In this document: piece by piece, positions 1 to 11,451 of the stretch
Layout of the letters: each line of letters starts with the position of its first letter
How positions within the stretch are numbered: position 1 is the first letter of the stretch
From: Cyanidioschyzon merolae
Lineage: Eukaryota
Direction: 5' to 3' (one strand)
Length of the DNA stretch: 64,000 nucleotides
Assembly (NCBI GenBank): GCA_000091205.1
Contig: AP006491.2
Notes under the pieces: model-generated
What the model saw: the letters and a program-made list of their open reading frames with translations, nothing else
Told to the model about the DNA's origin: nothing
Databases searched by the model: none
Translations under genes and position numbers: made by a program

Positions 1-1780
1 GCCTCCCGAGCAGCGCAACCTTATTTTTCTGCACGCCGTTCAGGACGACGAGATTCGTAGCAAGAGCGCTGGGGCTCGACCGCCGGTTCGCAAGGGCCTC
101 TTCTAAGGATCGCACAGGCCAACCGCTATCCTAGGATCGCTTTCGTCGAGGTGCACAGCATCGCGGATCATTCGAGTGGCTGCAGCGTCGTTCGTGGAGC
201 GGCAGCAGGCGGCGCATGCGCGCAGCGAGGCGTTCCACTCACAAAGTGGTGCGTTCTGGAATACCTATACCAGCATGAACGTTATGATTTTGTTTTGGTT
301 TTCTCGTAGGCATTCAGAAATAGGAATGGAGCGCGTGGCTTCGAGAAAGATCGCGGTAAAGCTTCATGCTGTGACTGCTAGCTTGCGAATAACGGCATGA
401 ATTCTGCAAGTTCGTCATTCTTTAGTCAGTGGATGGATGCGCCATCGCTTCACTAGTCCGTATTTCGAACATTGTGCACCAAAAGCAGAAGTTCTCAAAG
501 CATACTTACACGACTACCTCCTCGCGAATCCATTCGACTCTGTCCGTCTTATCCGGAATACTACAAATGAAGTCGTAGGATTTGAAGTTTTCGTATCGTT
601 CAGACAAACGGTGATGACGAGATGCAGATGGACAATGTGAAAGACGCCATCACCAAGATTGAAGCACCCAGAATTGGATGCCATGAACAGCAGCCGAACG
701 CTACGCTCTGCAGCGTACTCAATGACCGCTTTTGCGTGATGAAAAGCGATGTTGTCTAAGGGCCGGAAAAGAGATTTTGGGAAGCAGCAGCCGCTGCATG
801 CCTCATCGAAGAATGAGGTGATGAGTGATTCCCTCCGTTCGGCGCGTTCTAGGCGGCGAAACGATCGCGTCGCAACCAGTGCTGACGTTGGCGCCACTCC
901 CGCTGGCCTCCTCTAAAAGAGCAGCGTTCAGCAGCTCTCTGAGTAGCGAATAATCCTGTACCATTTCTTCCAAATGAAGTCTTATCGAGTGAGGCGAGCA
1001 CCCGTTTTTCCTGGAGTAAGCGTCCGCGTTACATGACGAAACCGACAGTATGTTGTTCAACGCATGAGGGTCCCCCGTAGACGCGTGCTGCTTCATTCGT
1101 TCATCCGTGTTACTTGACCACCGTTCGGCTCGAGGGTACGGGAACTTCATATCACGAGGATTGTGCAGAAGTTTTTATTAGAAAACGTGTGCGTTGGAAT
1201 CAAATTGACATCGTGACAGTCTTTTGTATATAGTTTGATAAATACTGATTTTGGGGTGCACGAGGTTCACGATGAGGACTAGAAGAGCGGCGATTCATCC
1301 AGCCGCTGGCCCAAGGAATCGCTTGGATTCGTAAGGCGGCTTTTGCGTAAGCTAGCGGTGACAGCATATAAATGGTCTTCCCGGGCAATGCTCTCGTCCA
1401 CGAACAAGACTCGTTGTCGAATACCTGCAAGAAAAATAAACAAAAACAAAAAGAGAGTGCTTCTGCAAGTGTTCCAGAAGTAACTGCTTCGAGTTATACG
1501 AGCTTGGCTGAGCCCTGAGCAGGGCCAACAGCAGCGCTGTCGTGCGCTAGCGGCGGCACTTTTCGGCGCAGAAGTGCCGGCAGCCGTCGAGCCTGCGCTG
1601 CTGGCCGCTAAAGGAGAGTGTTATGGAGCGGACAGGTTGCCAAAGGGTCCGTGCGAGCCGCGACGCACCTGCCTTCGCACACTCCTTCTCCCGGGTGTTC
1701 CAGGTGCGGACGAAAAAAAGTCAGATCGGTAGTTTTGCAGCTTCGGAGGTATGCATGTTGAGTGTGGGTGGCAACAAGAA

Positions 1781-1884
1781 AGCCCTGTCCGCGATTCGAA
1801 CGAGATCCCTCGGAGGGTTCGGCTGTTCCGAGTCGGGACCTTCTGTTTACAAGACAGATGCTCTAACCGCTGAGCTAACAGGGC
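1781..1884 (-). tRNA. tRNA-Thr, anticodon UGU, with a 31-nt insertion (1803..1833) in the T-stem; possibly a non-canonical intron
   Basis: Reverse complement is GCCCTGTTAGCTCAGCGGTTAGAGCATCTGTCTTGTAAACAGAAGGTCCCG[ACTCGGAACAGCCGAACCCTCCGAGGGATCT]CGTTCGAATCGCGGACAGGGCT. Removing the bracketed 31 nt gives a 73-nt cloverleaf: a 7-bp acceptor stem, a 4-bp D stem, a 5-bp anticodon stem TCTGT/ACAGA, loop CTTGTAA (U33, UGU, A37), T-stem CCGCG/CGCGG, T-loop TTCGAAT, and discriminator U. The inserted segment contains its own hairpin CTCGGA/TCCGAG. Confidence 0.6.
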
Positions 1885-1941
1885 GGTAGTGAAATCGTTC
1901 GCAATTCCGCATATAAAGACCAAAATCCCGGTCGATGAGCA

Positions 1942-2855
1942 GATTTCAACTCAAATGCGTTCCGCATCTCGGTGCGTGTCATTGAACGCTTTTCCGTAGT
2001 GTATAGCAGGAGCTGGAAATCACGATACAATATACCCCATATTTCGTGGACGAACGGCCTTTAGGATGTATTCTTTACCGAGGAGTGCAAGGAGGATAGC
2101 ATGCGTCCTTCAGGTCAGTTATTGCCCAGTACTCAGATGGTGAAGAACCCTGAAAGAAAGCAGGATACGCGCTCCGCGCCAAAAACCGATATGCTCACAG
2201 CGTGCTTGTGGTAAATAGTAGGAAACGAGTCGTTGATCACTGTGTAAGGTAAGCAAAGGCGGCGATAGCGGCCGCCACGTGCGTCTGTGTCGCTCAACAG
2301 CTTATTCGTGTGGTCCTGAAAACACTGGTATACAGGCGCAAAAACGTTGTAGTTTACGAACGGTCATCTTCCATCGAAATCGCACCTACAACGTTCCGAG
2401 AACGTTGCGATGAGTATGGAGCGCAGGGGCGTCGATATGTTTTTTTTCAGTCGATGAGGCCTTCTTCGGATGAATCGGTCGGGGTGTATATGGGTATTCG
2501 CGGGGTAGGCAGCCCGTTCTACGAAAGATCGAACCCGAGGTGAACGACGACATCATCATCATTATCTGCTCCAGCTGCAGTGGGTTCATTTGACGGCCTC
2601 AGTTTCGCTCGTCGAGAAGGCTGATACCACAGCATCGATCACTTTGTCGAATCATTAAAGACTTTTCCCTGGAGTCTCGCGACGTTCCTCAATTGGTAAA
2701 CGTGGTATTTCATCATTCCCGTTGCGTTCGAGCTTTTGCCGATTCTATCGCAGTAGAGCTGTTTATCATTCCTGCATGTTTTACTTGGTTCAAGCCCATT
2801 AAAAAGAATGTTTTCTATTGTGGAACTTGATGCTCGCTTCACCGGGCGAATTTGT
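1942..2855 (+). repeat. Dispersed repeat family 'R2', copy 1 (about 0.9 kb, non-coding)
   Basis: About 70% DNA identity to 11452..12345 over its whole length. Shared blocks include agcaggag..aaatcacgat, gcgctccgcgccaaaaa, gtgtgRtcctgaaaMcactgg, catcttccatcgaaatcgca and cagtttcgctcgtSgagaaggYtgataccacagca. Short ORFs on both strands are conserved equally, which argues for conservation at the DNA level. Confidence 0.65.
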
Positions 2856-2919
2856 CTGTTTGATAGAACGTTTACGCTGTACTTGGGATCTAGATTGCGC
2901 GATGGATATACGCTTTCGG

Positions 2920-3522
2920 GAAAGCGTCCATAACGCTCCACCTACCTCCAAGTTCCATTACTCATACCTCTTCTTGGATACACTGGTCACTTCGCACGTT
3001 CTTTCGCACTCCGAGTGCCCGCCCTGATCGTCCGCGATAGCGCTTATACCGCTGGTGCGGGTACAGCACAGAGTCAGAACGGCTTTGCCATACCACTGAG
3101 GATATCGGACCGAGGAATGCTTCACCTGACACGGAGTCGGGGCTCATAATCAATCTAGGAACGAGCAAGTTGTGCTGATAGCCTTACTGCTCGCAACAGC
3201 GCGATGCGATGTTACAGGAGCCCACTGTAACCAGGATGACCTCAGGACGCATTATACGCGCTCCGGGTCTAAGGATAAACTGCGTTTCGGACGAGTTTCT
3301 GCTCAGATCTCGCCACAGCACCCGCCAATCTGGAGAGCATAAAGCACGAACCTTGCAGACTCGTCCACATCGCGGGACCTTACGCCTAGAAGGTGAACTT
3401 TCGACCGTTCGGAAAGCTTTCCCCCTTCAATGCTTACCGTTCGAGGGGGAAAGAAATTGTTATCTCGTTGCTAGTTCGCGGCTCGTTTCTGTACTCTTTT
3501 TTCTGCGTTACGCTCGATCACA
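2920..3522 (+). repeat. Dispersed repeat family 'R4', copy 1, containing a conserved hairpin
   Basis: Collinear similarity to 20120..20735 (cgtccgcgatagcgcYtata.., gccataccaSWgag, cgaggaatg, ..cgcctagaMgKtRaactttcg..). Hairpin at about 3416..3460 is ctttccccct-[17 nt]-agggggaaag. The homologous hairpin in copy 2 has a 7-bp stem tttcccc/ggggaaa with a similar loop, a compensatory change that preserves the stem. Confidence 0.65.
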
Positions 3523-3663
3523 AAGATCGCGATGCGTACGAATTCGCGCGTGAGTGTCGAGCCTCCACGCACATGGCGGGTCAGCGTTTCAGTTTGCAGC
3601 TTCTTGTTCATAGTGCACATATCGGTGTGGAGGTTGGAGCAAAGTGTTTCTTGTTTTCGCTGG

Positions 3664-6345
3664 ATGGCGAAAACACAAGCGCGGCAAGGGCAGCGGAACG
3701 CGGGGACCGACACAGCGCAGGGTCTTGGTCAAACTGTCGCTCCAGCGGCGGAGCCCGAACCGAACGATGCTCGAGAAGCACCAGCTCCGCAGCTGGAGAC
3801 TTCTTTATATGATAACGACTGGACCCATCGAACACATGCACTCGATGTGTTACGGTGGCTTGGATTTGGTGACTCTGTTGAGGCGCGCAGGCTCCGACGG
3901 TCGTTTGTTGCGCGGAAGCGTTCGCACTCGCCGGGTCAGCAGCGAGCCGGCGCACCGCCTTCGGGCCAGAATCGTTTTGACGGTCACCGTCGGAGTGCCG
4001 AGGACTCTACCTTTGCAGATCTTGAGAACGCTCGCGACGCTGGCGCCGAAAGTTCGCCGCACTGTGTGCGATGTGGCACGGAGTATCACGGTGAGGTGAT
4101 CGTGCGCGACGTTACGTTCTGCGTGCCGAAGCGAGGCACGGGCTTCCTTCATCTTGGCTTCTGTGGCGCTGAGGTGGCGCCTTTGCTCGAGCACGTCTAC
4201 GCGTACTTTCCACCGGGCAAGCTGTCCGGCATTATGGGCCCTTCGGGTTCAGGGAAAACTACGCTCCTAAATCAGATCGGGGGACGCATCCGTACCCTGG
4301 GAGCGACCGTCGCCGGGGAGATTCTCATTGACGCACATCAAAGGCCGAAAAAGGCAAAACGCTTCGTCGGCTACTGTGAACAGAACGACGTCCTGCCCGG
4401 TGACTTAACCGTCCGAGAGGCGCTCTGGTACGCTGCCCAGTTGAAACTACCGGAGCACTTATCGGACGAGGAGCGTTGGCGACGCGTAGAAGAGGTAATT
4501 GAAATTCTGAGTCTCGAGAAAATAGCGGATCAGCGCATCGGCGCTGATAACGATCGACAAATCAGTGGCGGTCAGGCGAAGCGGGTCAGCATCGCACTGG
4601 AAGTCATTGGCGATCCCCCAATATTCCTTGCTGACGAGCCAACGAGTGGGCAGGATACGCGCACCGCTTACTCTGTATGCCAAGCTTTACAGAATGTGGC
4701 ACACATCGGAGGCCAAACGGTCATTGCGACGATTCACCAGCCCTCGGTGGATGCCTGGGCCCTCTTCGATAATTTGGTGATCCTGGCGGCAGGTCGGGTG
4801 CTGTACAGTGGACGCGCGCAGCGTTTCCGCGACTACCTTATGCGAATAGAATTCCCGATTCCGGACAACCTCCATATAGCTCTACCTGACTACTTTATTG
4901 CCGTTGGTGTCAAGGCCGAAAAGAAGGAGCATCGCCTGAAAGGCAAAGGAGCAAGGAACTTTGATGACGAACAGGAGGACGAGGATCAGGACTTCGAAGG
5001 TGATGGTAACGACAACACCGTACAAGGCAATTTTGCTGAAATGAACATAACGGCCCACAAAAGATCCACTCGCGGTCAGCGTCGTGCGAAAACCTGGATA
5101 TCGGGGCTCACGCTTCCCTTTGCTGCACAGGAGTCAAGTCTGCGGTCCAGACGAATGACACGTGAGCGCAGTTGTACAGCATCAAACATGGACAACATTG
5201 CCGAGGTAGCTCGCCGCACCTTCGAGCAGCGTCAATTGTCCCATTATTCCGCAGTGAACGCTAGTCTGCCAGAGGAACACGAGCGAGCCATCAGGCAACG
5301 CACTGATGGCGACGACGCCCTCGTCGAGTCGATACTCGAGCGGCAGCGCTCTCAGTCACCAATGATGACATTTCGCCGCACCCCACAGGAATGGCGTGAG
5401 ATCTGGGAGCAGACTACCGAATACAAACGCCTTCGCTATGTTGCTGAGAGCCGCGCGAAATGCCTCGGGGAGTGCGGACTGCCGTACGCGTTCGGTGAAC
5501 CGACGTACATCACGAGCTGGTGGCGACAATTCCGGACGCTAACGGTACGCGCGTTTCAAGGCGAGGCGACGTCGCCACGTTTTCTCGCTTATCGCCTCAT
5601 CCTGGTGATCCTCGTGAATCCCGCAGGTCTGGCTACGATTTTTTGGCCTGCTCTGCGGCATCATTCGTCGTTGGCTCAGAACACTGCAGCAGCATCCTTT
5701 GTCGTGGCTGTCGCCAGTTGCATGGCGATTATGCGCACCTCCGTCGCGTTTTTGGAAGGGCGTGCGCTCATGTATCGTGAACGCTCTAGCGGTGCGTATC
5801 GCTCCTCCGCGCATTACCTGTCGACAATCGCCATGGAGGCACCGTTCAACGTATTAACCGCGATTGTTTTCTCCATTCTGGACTACTGGGCATTTGGTTA
5901 CCGCAAGAACGTCGGAGCGTTCTTTTTCTTCCTTTTCATCGTATACTTGAGCAATGCTTGTGCAGTGGGTATTGGACAGGGCCTGGCAGCGATTGCCCCG
6001 GACATAACGTTCGCATCGTCCTTTGCACCGGTTGTCTACATGACGTTTGCGGTTCTCGCGGGCTATCTGCTGCCACAGAGCCTCATCCCAATTTACTGGA
6101 AAGTTCTTCTGTACTACGCGAATCCGATCAGCTGGGCGTTTCGAGCGATCCTTCTGAATGAGTGGCAGCCGTACCTGGACGGAGCAACGCCGCCACCCTA
6201 CTTAGACTATCGTTCGGAACTGCGAACGCTTGGTTTGGAAAATCAGAGCAGATGGACAAGTGTCTACGTGTTGGTGGGCATTTATGCCGGCGCACGGCTC
6301 GTGACCTACGTCTTTCAGCGTTTCCTGAAATACGCCCATAACTAG
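3664..6345 (+). CDS. ABC transporter, ABCG/White-type half transporter (N-terminal nucleotide-binding domain then ABC-2 membrane domain); an alternative upstream ATG exists at 3532
   Basis: Walker A GPSGSGKTTLLN. ABC signature ISGGQAKRVSIALE. Walker B IFLADEPTSGQD. H-loop ATIHQPS. A C-terminal multi-helix hydrophobic domain. An acidic linker (DDEQEDEDQDFEGDGNDN) sits between the two domains. Stop codon TAG. Confidence 0.85.
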   Translation: MAKTQARQGQRNAGTDTAQGLGQTVAPAAEPEPNDAREAPAPQLETSLYDNDWTHRTHALDVLRWLGFGDSVEARRLRRSFVARKRSHSPGQQRAGAPPSGQNRFDGHRRSAEDSTFADLENARDAGAESSPHCVRCGTEYHGEVIVRDVTFCVPKRGTGFLHLGFCGAEVAPLLEHVYAYFPPGKLSGIMGPSGSGKTTLLNQIGGRIRTLGATVAGEILIDAHQRPKKAKRFVGYCEQNDVLPGDLTVREALWYAAQLKLPEHLSDEERWRRVEEVIEILSLEKIADQRIGADNDRQISGGQAKRVSIALEVIGDPPIFLADEPTSGQDTRTAYSVCQALQNVAHIGGQTVIATIHQPSVDAWALFDNLVILAAGRVLYSGRAQRFRDYLMRIEFPIPDNLHIALPDYFIAVGVKAEKKEHRLKGKGARNFDDEQEDEDQDFEGDGNDNTVQGNFAEMNITAHKRSTRGQRRAKTWISGLTLPFAAQESSLRSRRMTRERSCTASNMDNIAEVARRTFEQRQLSHYSAVNASLPEEHERAIRQRTDGDDALVESILERQRSQSPMMTFRRTPQEWREIWEQTTEYKRLRYVAESRAKCLGECGLPYAFGEPTYITSWWRQFRTLTVRAFQGEATSPRFLAYRLILVILVNPAGLATIFWPALRHHSSLAQNTAAASFVVAVASCMAIMRTSVAFLEGRALMYRERSSGAYRSSAHYLSTIAMEAPFNVLTAIVFSILDYWAFGYRKNVGAFFFFLFIVYLSNACAVGIGQGLAAIAPDITFASSFAPVVYMTFAVLAGYLLPQSLIPIYWKVLLYYANPISWAFRAILLNEWQPYLDGATPPPYLDYRSELRTLGLENQSRWTSVYVLVGIYAGARLVTYVFQRFLKYAHN

Positions 6346-7229
6346 AGATAATACGGGGTATGCAAGGGCGCGCCAGCGCGGCCCCTGCGGGCGCGTAACG
6401 CCGACGACTGCAACGAACAGTGTACCAGGTGCTGCAGTGGCGACTGAGCTGAGCATTTCGAAAGAGACGCCAAACAAGTTTGACCGATGCTGCAGTTTCA
6501 CACAGAGCAGTTATTTGGTTTCAAAGGAAACGAACAAGACCCGAGGCTGCAGGCAAAGTGAACGTGACTGCAGGCGGTTGCCGTAACTCGTGGAAACAAG
6601 CCGCTTCAGCACGGTTCGGAGACGCGTATCATTTCGTCCTTTGGGGATTGCGGTAAAAGACGCGTCCTAGTCTTGTAGGCATAGCATATGCGTACAGTTC
6701 GAACACAAATGTAAATGCATCCCTACTGACTCTGTGGGAAAGGCATCGACTGATTCATGCAAGCTCTCCCCTGAGGAACGTTCAGGTTCGAAGCGGTGCT
6801 CGCAGGGATCCGGACTCGAACACCGACGAATGCAGTCGGGCGTCAAGCGTTTGTGTCGGATCCCGCCCTCCGAAAGATTCTGTATAACGTTTGATCCGGT
6901 TTGGAGCCTGCTCTGTTTTTCGCAACCATGACGTACCAGTGGATGTCAGACGCAAGATCGGAATCGAAGAGCATCTAGGTTGCACGTGCGCAAGGCGGCA
7001 AGGGATCGTCGGCGTCCTCTTCACACACATGACAGGTTCAGGTCGAATGGGTCTACGATCCTAACTCGCGGGTAGACTCGAAAATGCTGCTCTCTGTCTG
7101 TCTCGATCAACACCAGCCTTTACGAGATTTTGCTGTGACTGTTTCTTGATCTCGCTCTCGAACCTTTGGCTTTCATTACGCATGGCTCTTATGACATGCC
7201 GGGTCCGCTGTTAGTAGTTAAAAGATGTT

Positions 7230-8260
7230 GACTGCAGCAACAGTTTAGATTTCGGTGCTTCTGGTTGTTGTCGAAGCATTTGATTCACAGGCGCAAGTCG
7301 CGATCTCAGCATCGCTTGCCATGTTCATCTTCTTTGTATACAGACGTGGTACGCACTTCGTAGCGATAAAACTTGGGTATCTTCAGGTATTCCTTTTTCG
7401 CTGGCACATCACATGCTCCGAAGGCTGCACTGCAACGCTTGAACGTTTGCTTCATCTCTTGGTACATGTCCATGACGGGTACAGGGCAATGCCCTCGATA
7501 TTCTCATTAGAGTCCGCGCCCGGTGCCGCACCCAGTGATTACGGGCCTGTTCCTGGCGATACCGTCGGCGAGTGCTCTGGGCGCTACACTTGCAGGTACA
7601 CGCTGTCCCATTCGACAGACGATTCGTGAGACGCGATATTGCCCATGATAAAACAAGCACCGGAGAGGAAGTCCAGGATGCGGCTCAAGTCGAGAGATTT
7701 CGATCCATATACGCCTCCTTTCTGCAAAGTCGTGATGCATTCTCCACTGCAAGCGAGCGCTGTGATATCTAGGTCCGAGTCCGAGAACTTGCCACGTACA
7801 AAGAGAAGAGAGAGACGAATATCCAGGAGCGCGTTCTATGACAGGTGCCATGCTGCTTCGGAATGGTGTCTTGTCGATAGTGACGCAGACCTGAAGACAT
7901 GACTTTCGAACGGAATCGATTATTTGATGTGACACGCTCAGCGAACTTTCAGCATGAGCTTGTGACGGATTCGTCGAGGGACGACATCGATCTTTCTCGT
8001 CGTCAGTCCAATGTTGTGCATAATCGCCTCTGCGGATTGCCTTTAACACAGAAGGATTGAAACTTCAAGAATGTTTGATTTAAGCACTCTGCGTCTGAGT
8101 AACAGGGAAGAGTGGAGGCTTGTACGCACAGATTGGAGAAAAATCGTTCCAGGTACGAGCCTTGTTCACGGGCATCGCGATTGATCCTGATTCCGGTGAC
8201 GTAACCAGTTCCAGTGTGAAAGCGTCAAATGAGGTACTCCGAAAGCACTACCGAGCATCC
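7230..8260 (+). repeat. Dispersed repeat family 'R3', copy (about 1.0-1.2 kb)
   Basis: Shares the AQVAISASLAMFIF.. / ..LSHSTDDS* ORF segment with the R3 copies at 12.9 kb and 46 kb. Shares the block tttcgaacggaatcRat and the terminal motif ccggtgacgtaacc..agcgtc (8198) with the other R3 copies. Confidence 0.55.
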
Positions 8261-8899
8261 TAAATCTATAAAAAAGTCTGCAAGTCCTTGGTACGAGACT
8301 GCGAACGTCGAGACAGTCCATCTAAACTAATTTCGGAGAGAATTCCAAGTTAGGAACAGAGCCATTCGTTGTGTGTTCTACATAGGTCTGATGCGCTCTC
8401 TACAGTACCTGGGTGGCCCGCTTACAAAGCAGGTGCTACTTCACCAGAGACACGTTAGCCTAGATGTTGACTTTGTGAGGACGCGGAGCTGTAATGCAAC
8501 TCGGCCGGTCATGCAAGCGGGGCCTGGGAATCCACCCATTTTATCGGTAGAATGACCTCAGCATGTGCCGAGACTTTCCATCACAACTTCTGTCTGTCGC
8601 ACGTTCCCGAATGCCTGTATTCATTCATTCATCCATTTTCACGGTATAACGCCCTCATCTTGGGCTAAATGTTTCCAAAGCAAACTGCGTCAGCTGCGCA
8701 CTCCAGAGAGTCTGTATCCGCGTTGCATGTTGCGTTCGTGTGGAGCCGTTCGCGCCAAGCGCCCCTCTCAAGTTATTGTCATTGTTGTTATTGTTGCCAC
8801 CTGACTCTGGAGACTTCGTTTGCGTGCAGCCCTCGGTTTTCCGGGATGGGGCACTCCACCATCGTGGCTGTTGCGATCGGCGCTGCTGCTTCGCGCTAG

Positions 8900-10417
8900 T
8901 CACTGCCTCCGCAACAAGAGCATAGACGGTGTGCCAAGATGGGTCGGAACGAAGAGCCAAGAATACCGCGCTGCGCTTATGACCACCACCGCTACCCCCA
9001 AGGCAACCATGCTCGAAAGCAGCAAGAGACTCGCGCTGCTGACGCACGGTCGCTGCAGCAGCAACGACCTGGCTTTGCCGCTACCGCCACCAACACTGTA
9101 AACGGATGCCGAGGCCCAAGTGCTCTCGGCAGCAGCACTTATTGCTAGACTCTTGAGCGTGGAAACTTTGGAATGTGCCGCATCGGGCACCTTCGATACC
9201 CAAAATCCGTTTCCATGTTGGCGCTCTGGAACTCCTTTCCTGTTCGCGCCTGTATCGACTGAAGCAGCGGCGGCGGCGGCGACAGCGGCTGGATCCATTC
9301 GTACGGTGGAGCGCATTCTCCGATACCGAAAGAGCGTCGCAAACAAGTGGATGCGGGCCACCTGGAATATCTCATCACCGCTGCGCAAGTCCAGCATGGC
9401 CGCACAGAAGCGGTTACAGCGCTCGTCGCGATAGCGACTTGTCGGTAAGCCGTCGGCCTTGATGAAGACGGCAGCCCCGCCGCCCGCTGCCTGGTTACTA
9501 CCACGTACAACGAAAACACCATCATCGAAGACGGCGTTCCTGCTGCAACCGAATTCGTCTCGATACCTGGAGAGGATAAAACGTGCAATATCCACGTGGA
9601 AGGTCGAACGCGGAATCCGTCCCAAATAGTCGGGGAAGGCGTCCAAGAAGTAGTCGCAGACAGCCCCGATTCCGGCAGGCGACGCGCCAATATTCGTAAC
9701 GGTGAAAGTGCATCTCCGCTGGTTCAGAAGTGGCAGCATCAAACACTTGCTGAAGACTGGTGACTGTATCCGGCGCCCGCGATGCTTCATAGAGATCATG
9801 GTGAGCCCGAGATGGATGACAAAGGGGTACGCTCCGTGTGCGCCTCTTTCGGAGCCCAGGCCAGACGTGTCCAGATACACCATTGCGGTGAAGGCGCACG
9901 GTTCACCGTCAGGAGCGAATGCAACCGTCACAATACGATTAGCGAGTGCTGCACGCGGTCTAGGCCCAAATACACCGTAACTCGGGAGTGCGTCCATGGA
10001 ATTGCGTCCAACGTGCTCGATCAGGCGAACGAGCGCGCTGAGCTCACGGTTGGTCATCCATCGCCCCGGCTGGTCGTATGTGCAGGTTCGATACCCAGCT
10101 TGCAACGTTGAGTGCCAGGCTAACACCAGCGGGTCACGCAAGTACCCTAACCTTGTCCGAAATTGACGTGCGTTATCTGCGAGGACGACATCAGTGCCAA
10201 ATATTTTCAGCAAGAACTGCGCAAGAACTAAAGCCGTTTTTCTCCATTCGCGCACAAGAGCAGTATGCTTCAAATCGAGAAATAGTACGGCGAGAATCGG
10301 AGATGAAGCGATCGCAAGTGTGCCTCCTAGCAGGAGCCGAAGACACCACCAGAGGAGCCAAAGCGCAGCGCGTCTTCCCTGGCAGGCCTCAACGCGCTCT
10401 GAAGATAACGATAGCAT
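8900..10417 (-). CDS. Hypothetical protein (N-terminal transmembrane segment, then a globular region and a low-complexity tail); function unknown
   Basis: An intergenic ORF of about 505 codons starting from the first ATG (10417; the track start at 10438 is TTG). A hydrophobic stretch near the N-terminus (LWLLWWCLRLLLGGTLAIA). No motif I can name. Some of the C-terminal 150 aa may be spurious. Confidence 0.4.
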   Translation of the reverse strand: MLSLSSERVEACQGRRAALWLLWWCLRLLLGGTLAIASSPILAVLFLDLKHTALVREWRKTALVLAQFLLKIFGTDVVLADNARQFRTRLGYLRDPLVLAWHSTLQAGYRTCTYDQPGRWMTNRELSALVRLIEHVGRNSMDALPSYGVFGPRPRAALANRIVTVAFAPDGEPCAFTAMVYLDTSGLGSERGAHGAYPFVIHLGLTMISMKHRGRRIQSPVFSKCLMLPLLNQRRCTFTVTNIGASPAGIGAVCDYFLDAFPDYLGRIPRSTFHVDIARFILSRYRDEFGCSRNAVFDDGVFVVRGSNQAAGGGAAVFIKADGLPTSRYRDERCNRFCAAMLDLRSGDEIFQVARIHLFATLFRYRRMRSTVRMDPAAVAAAAAASVDTGANRKGVPERQHGNGFWVSKVPDAAHSKVSTLKSLAISAAAESTWASASVYSVGGGSGKARSLLLQRPCVSSASLLLLSSMVALGVAVVVISAARYSWLFVPTHLGTPSMLLLRRQ

Positions 10418-10754
10418 GAAACGTTCTTTGCTATCCAAGGTCTTGTTCTAGTGCATGCAGGTCAATACCAAACCGTGCACGAATTTTGTCGAGCGCGTAG
10501 TACCTGATACAGCATAGGCACGAAACACGATACATGTAGAATCTTACGTTTCTTGGAAGCGATGTAGGATGTCCACGCGCGAACTCCGTTGCCGGCGGGA
10601 ATCTGGAGAATCTCCCGCATCCGCCCTGAGGCGTGCGCTGGCGTAAACGCGCCGCTCCGAATTCTTCCTGATCGATAGCTCGTTGACAAGAGCCGGAGAT
10701 CCCCAATTATGACCATGATTTCATCGATTGGAGAAGCATCCATCGTTTGGGGAC

Positions 10755-11138
10755 CTAGCTCCAAGCGCCGTTCCATGTGCTCAGCAAAATGGAAAACGTG
10801 TCGCGATCATACGGTAAATGAATACCGATGTGGAGGCGGATTCTAGTCGTTTTCGACCGGCCCATTGCTATCGACTTCAGCTTATCTTTGCATTCATCGA
10901 GTCTGAGAGGTTGCCCCACAAAGTTCGCTCGTGTTTGTTCCTCGGGCCTCGTCTTGAACACCGCACATCTCCTGGTATTGATGGTAGGGTTAAAGTCTTG
11001 GTTTACGAACTGCATGCATTCAATGACGCTTATTGATCGCACCGGTGCAAAGAGTCCTCGAACCGGTATCCTCTGTGCCACGACACTCTCGTTATTGTCC
11101 CGTCGGCAAAGCACCTCTTCTCGCGTATCTCCCCTCAT
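10755..11138 (-). mobile_element. 3' fragment of the TnpB/Fanzor-like element family (RuvC-III region only)
   Basis: Translation FVNQDFNPTINTRRCAVFKTRPEEQTRANFVGQPLRLDECKDKLKSIAMGRSKTTRIRLH aligns with the C-terminus of the ORF at 23135..24133 (FVNRDFNAVINLRRCAVLEKRSPDSTRGNFVGQPIQVELYEKKLEAVVSGWSIETGRRLY) and with the copy at 45.6-45.9 kb. Confidence 0.5.
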
Positions 11139-11451
11139 GTTGTTCTCCTGCGCCGCTTGCGCTTCTCTGTTCGCTGGTCAGCGAGAGGAGGATTTTTCGT
11201 TTTTTCTTCGACAGCCCGACAAGGCTGCCTTCCAGGATCCCCGACCGACGAACCCAATCCTTTCCCCAGGATTTTTGTTTTTTCAAATGAACACCCTACT
11301 AACGCATCAGCTATAACCACGAAAAAGCATTCGATGGCTTGCATTTAGGGGCGGAACACAGCTGAGGTGAAAGACAAAACACGGCAGATGGTGCCACTGC
11401 CAGACGTACGCGAGAGGCGTCACGGTTTCACTGGACGCCACGGATCACAGC

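Noticed and set aside
514-1150. Two overlapping minus-strand ORFs (803..1150, 514..897) that could be one gene with an intron or frameshift
   Set aside because: They have no recognisable motif, they sit in different frames, and I could not find a convincing GT..AG join. The window edge adds to the uncertainty, so I did not call a feature.
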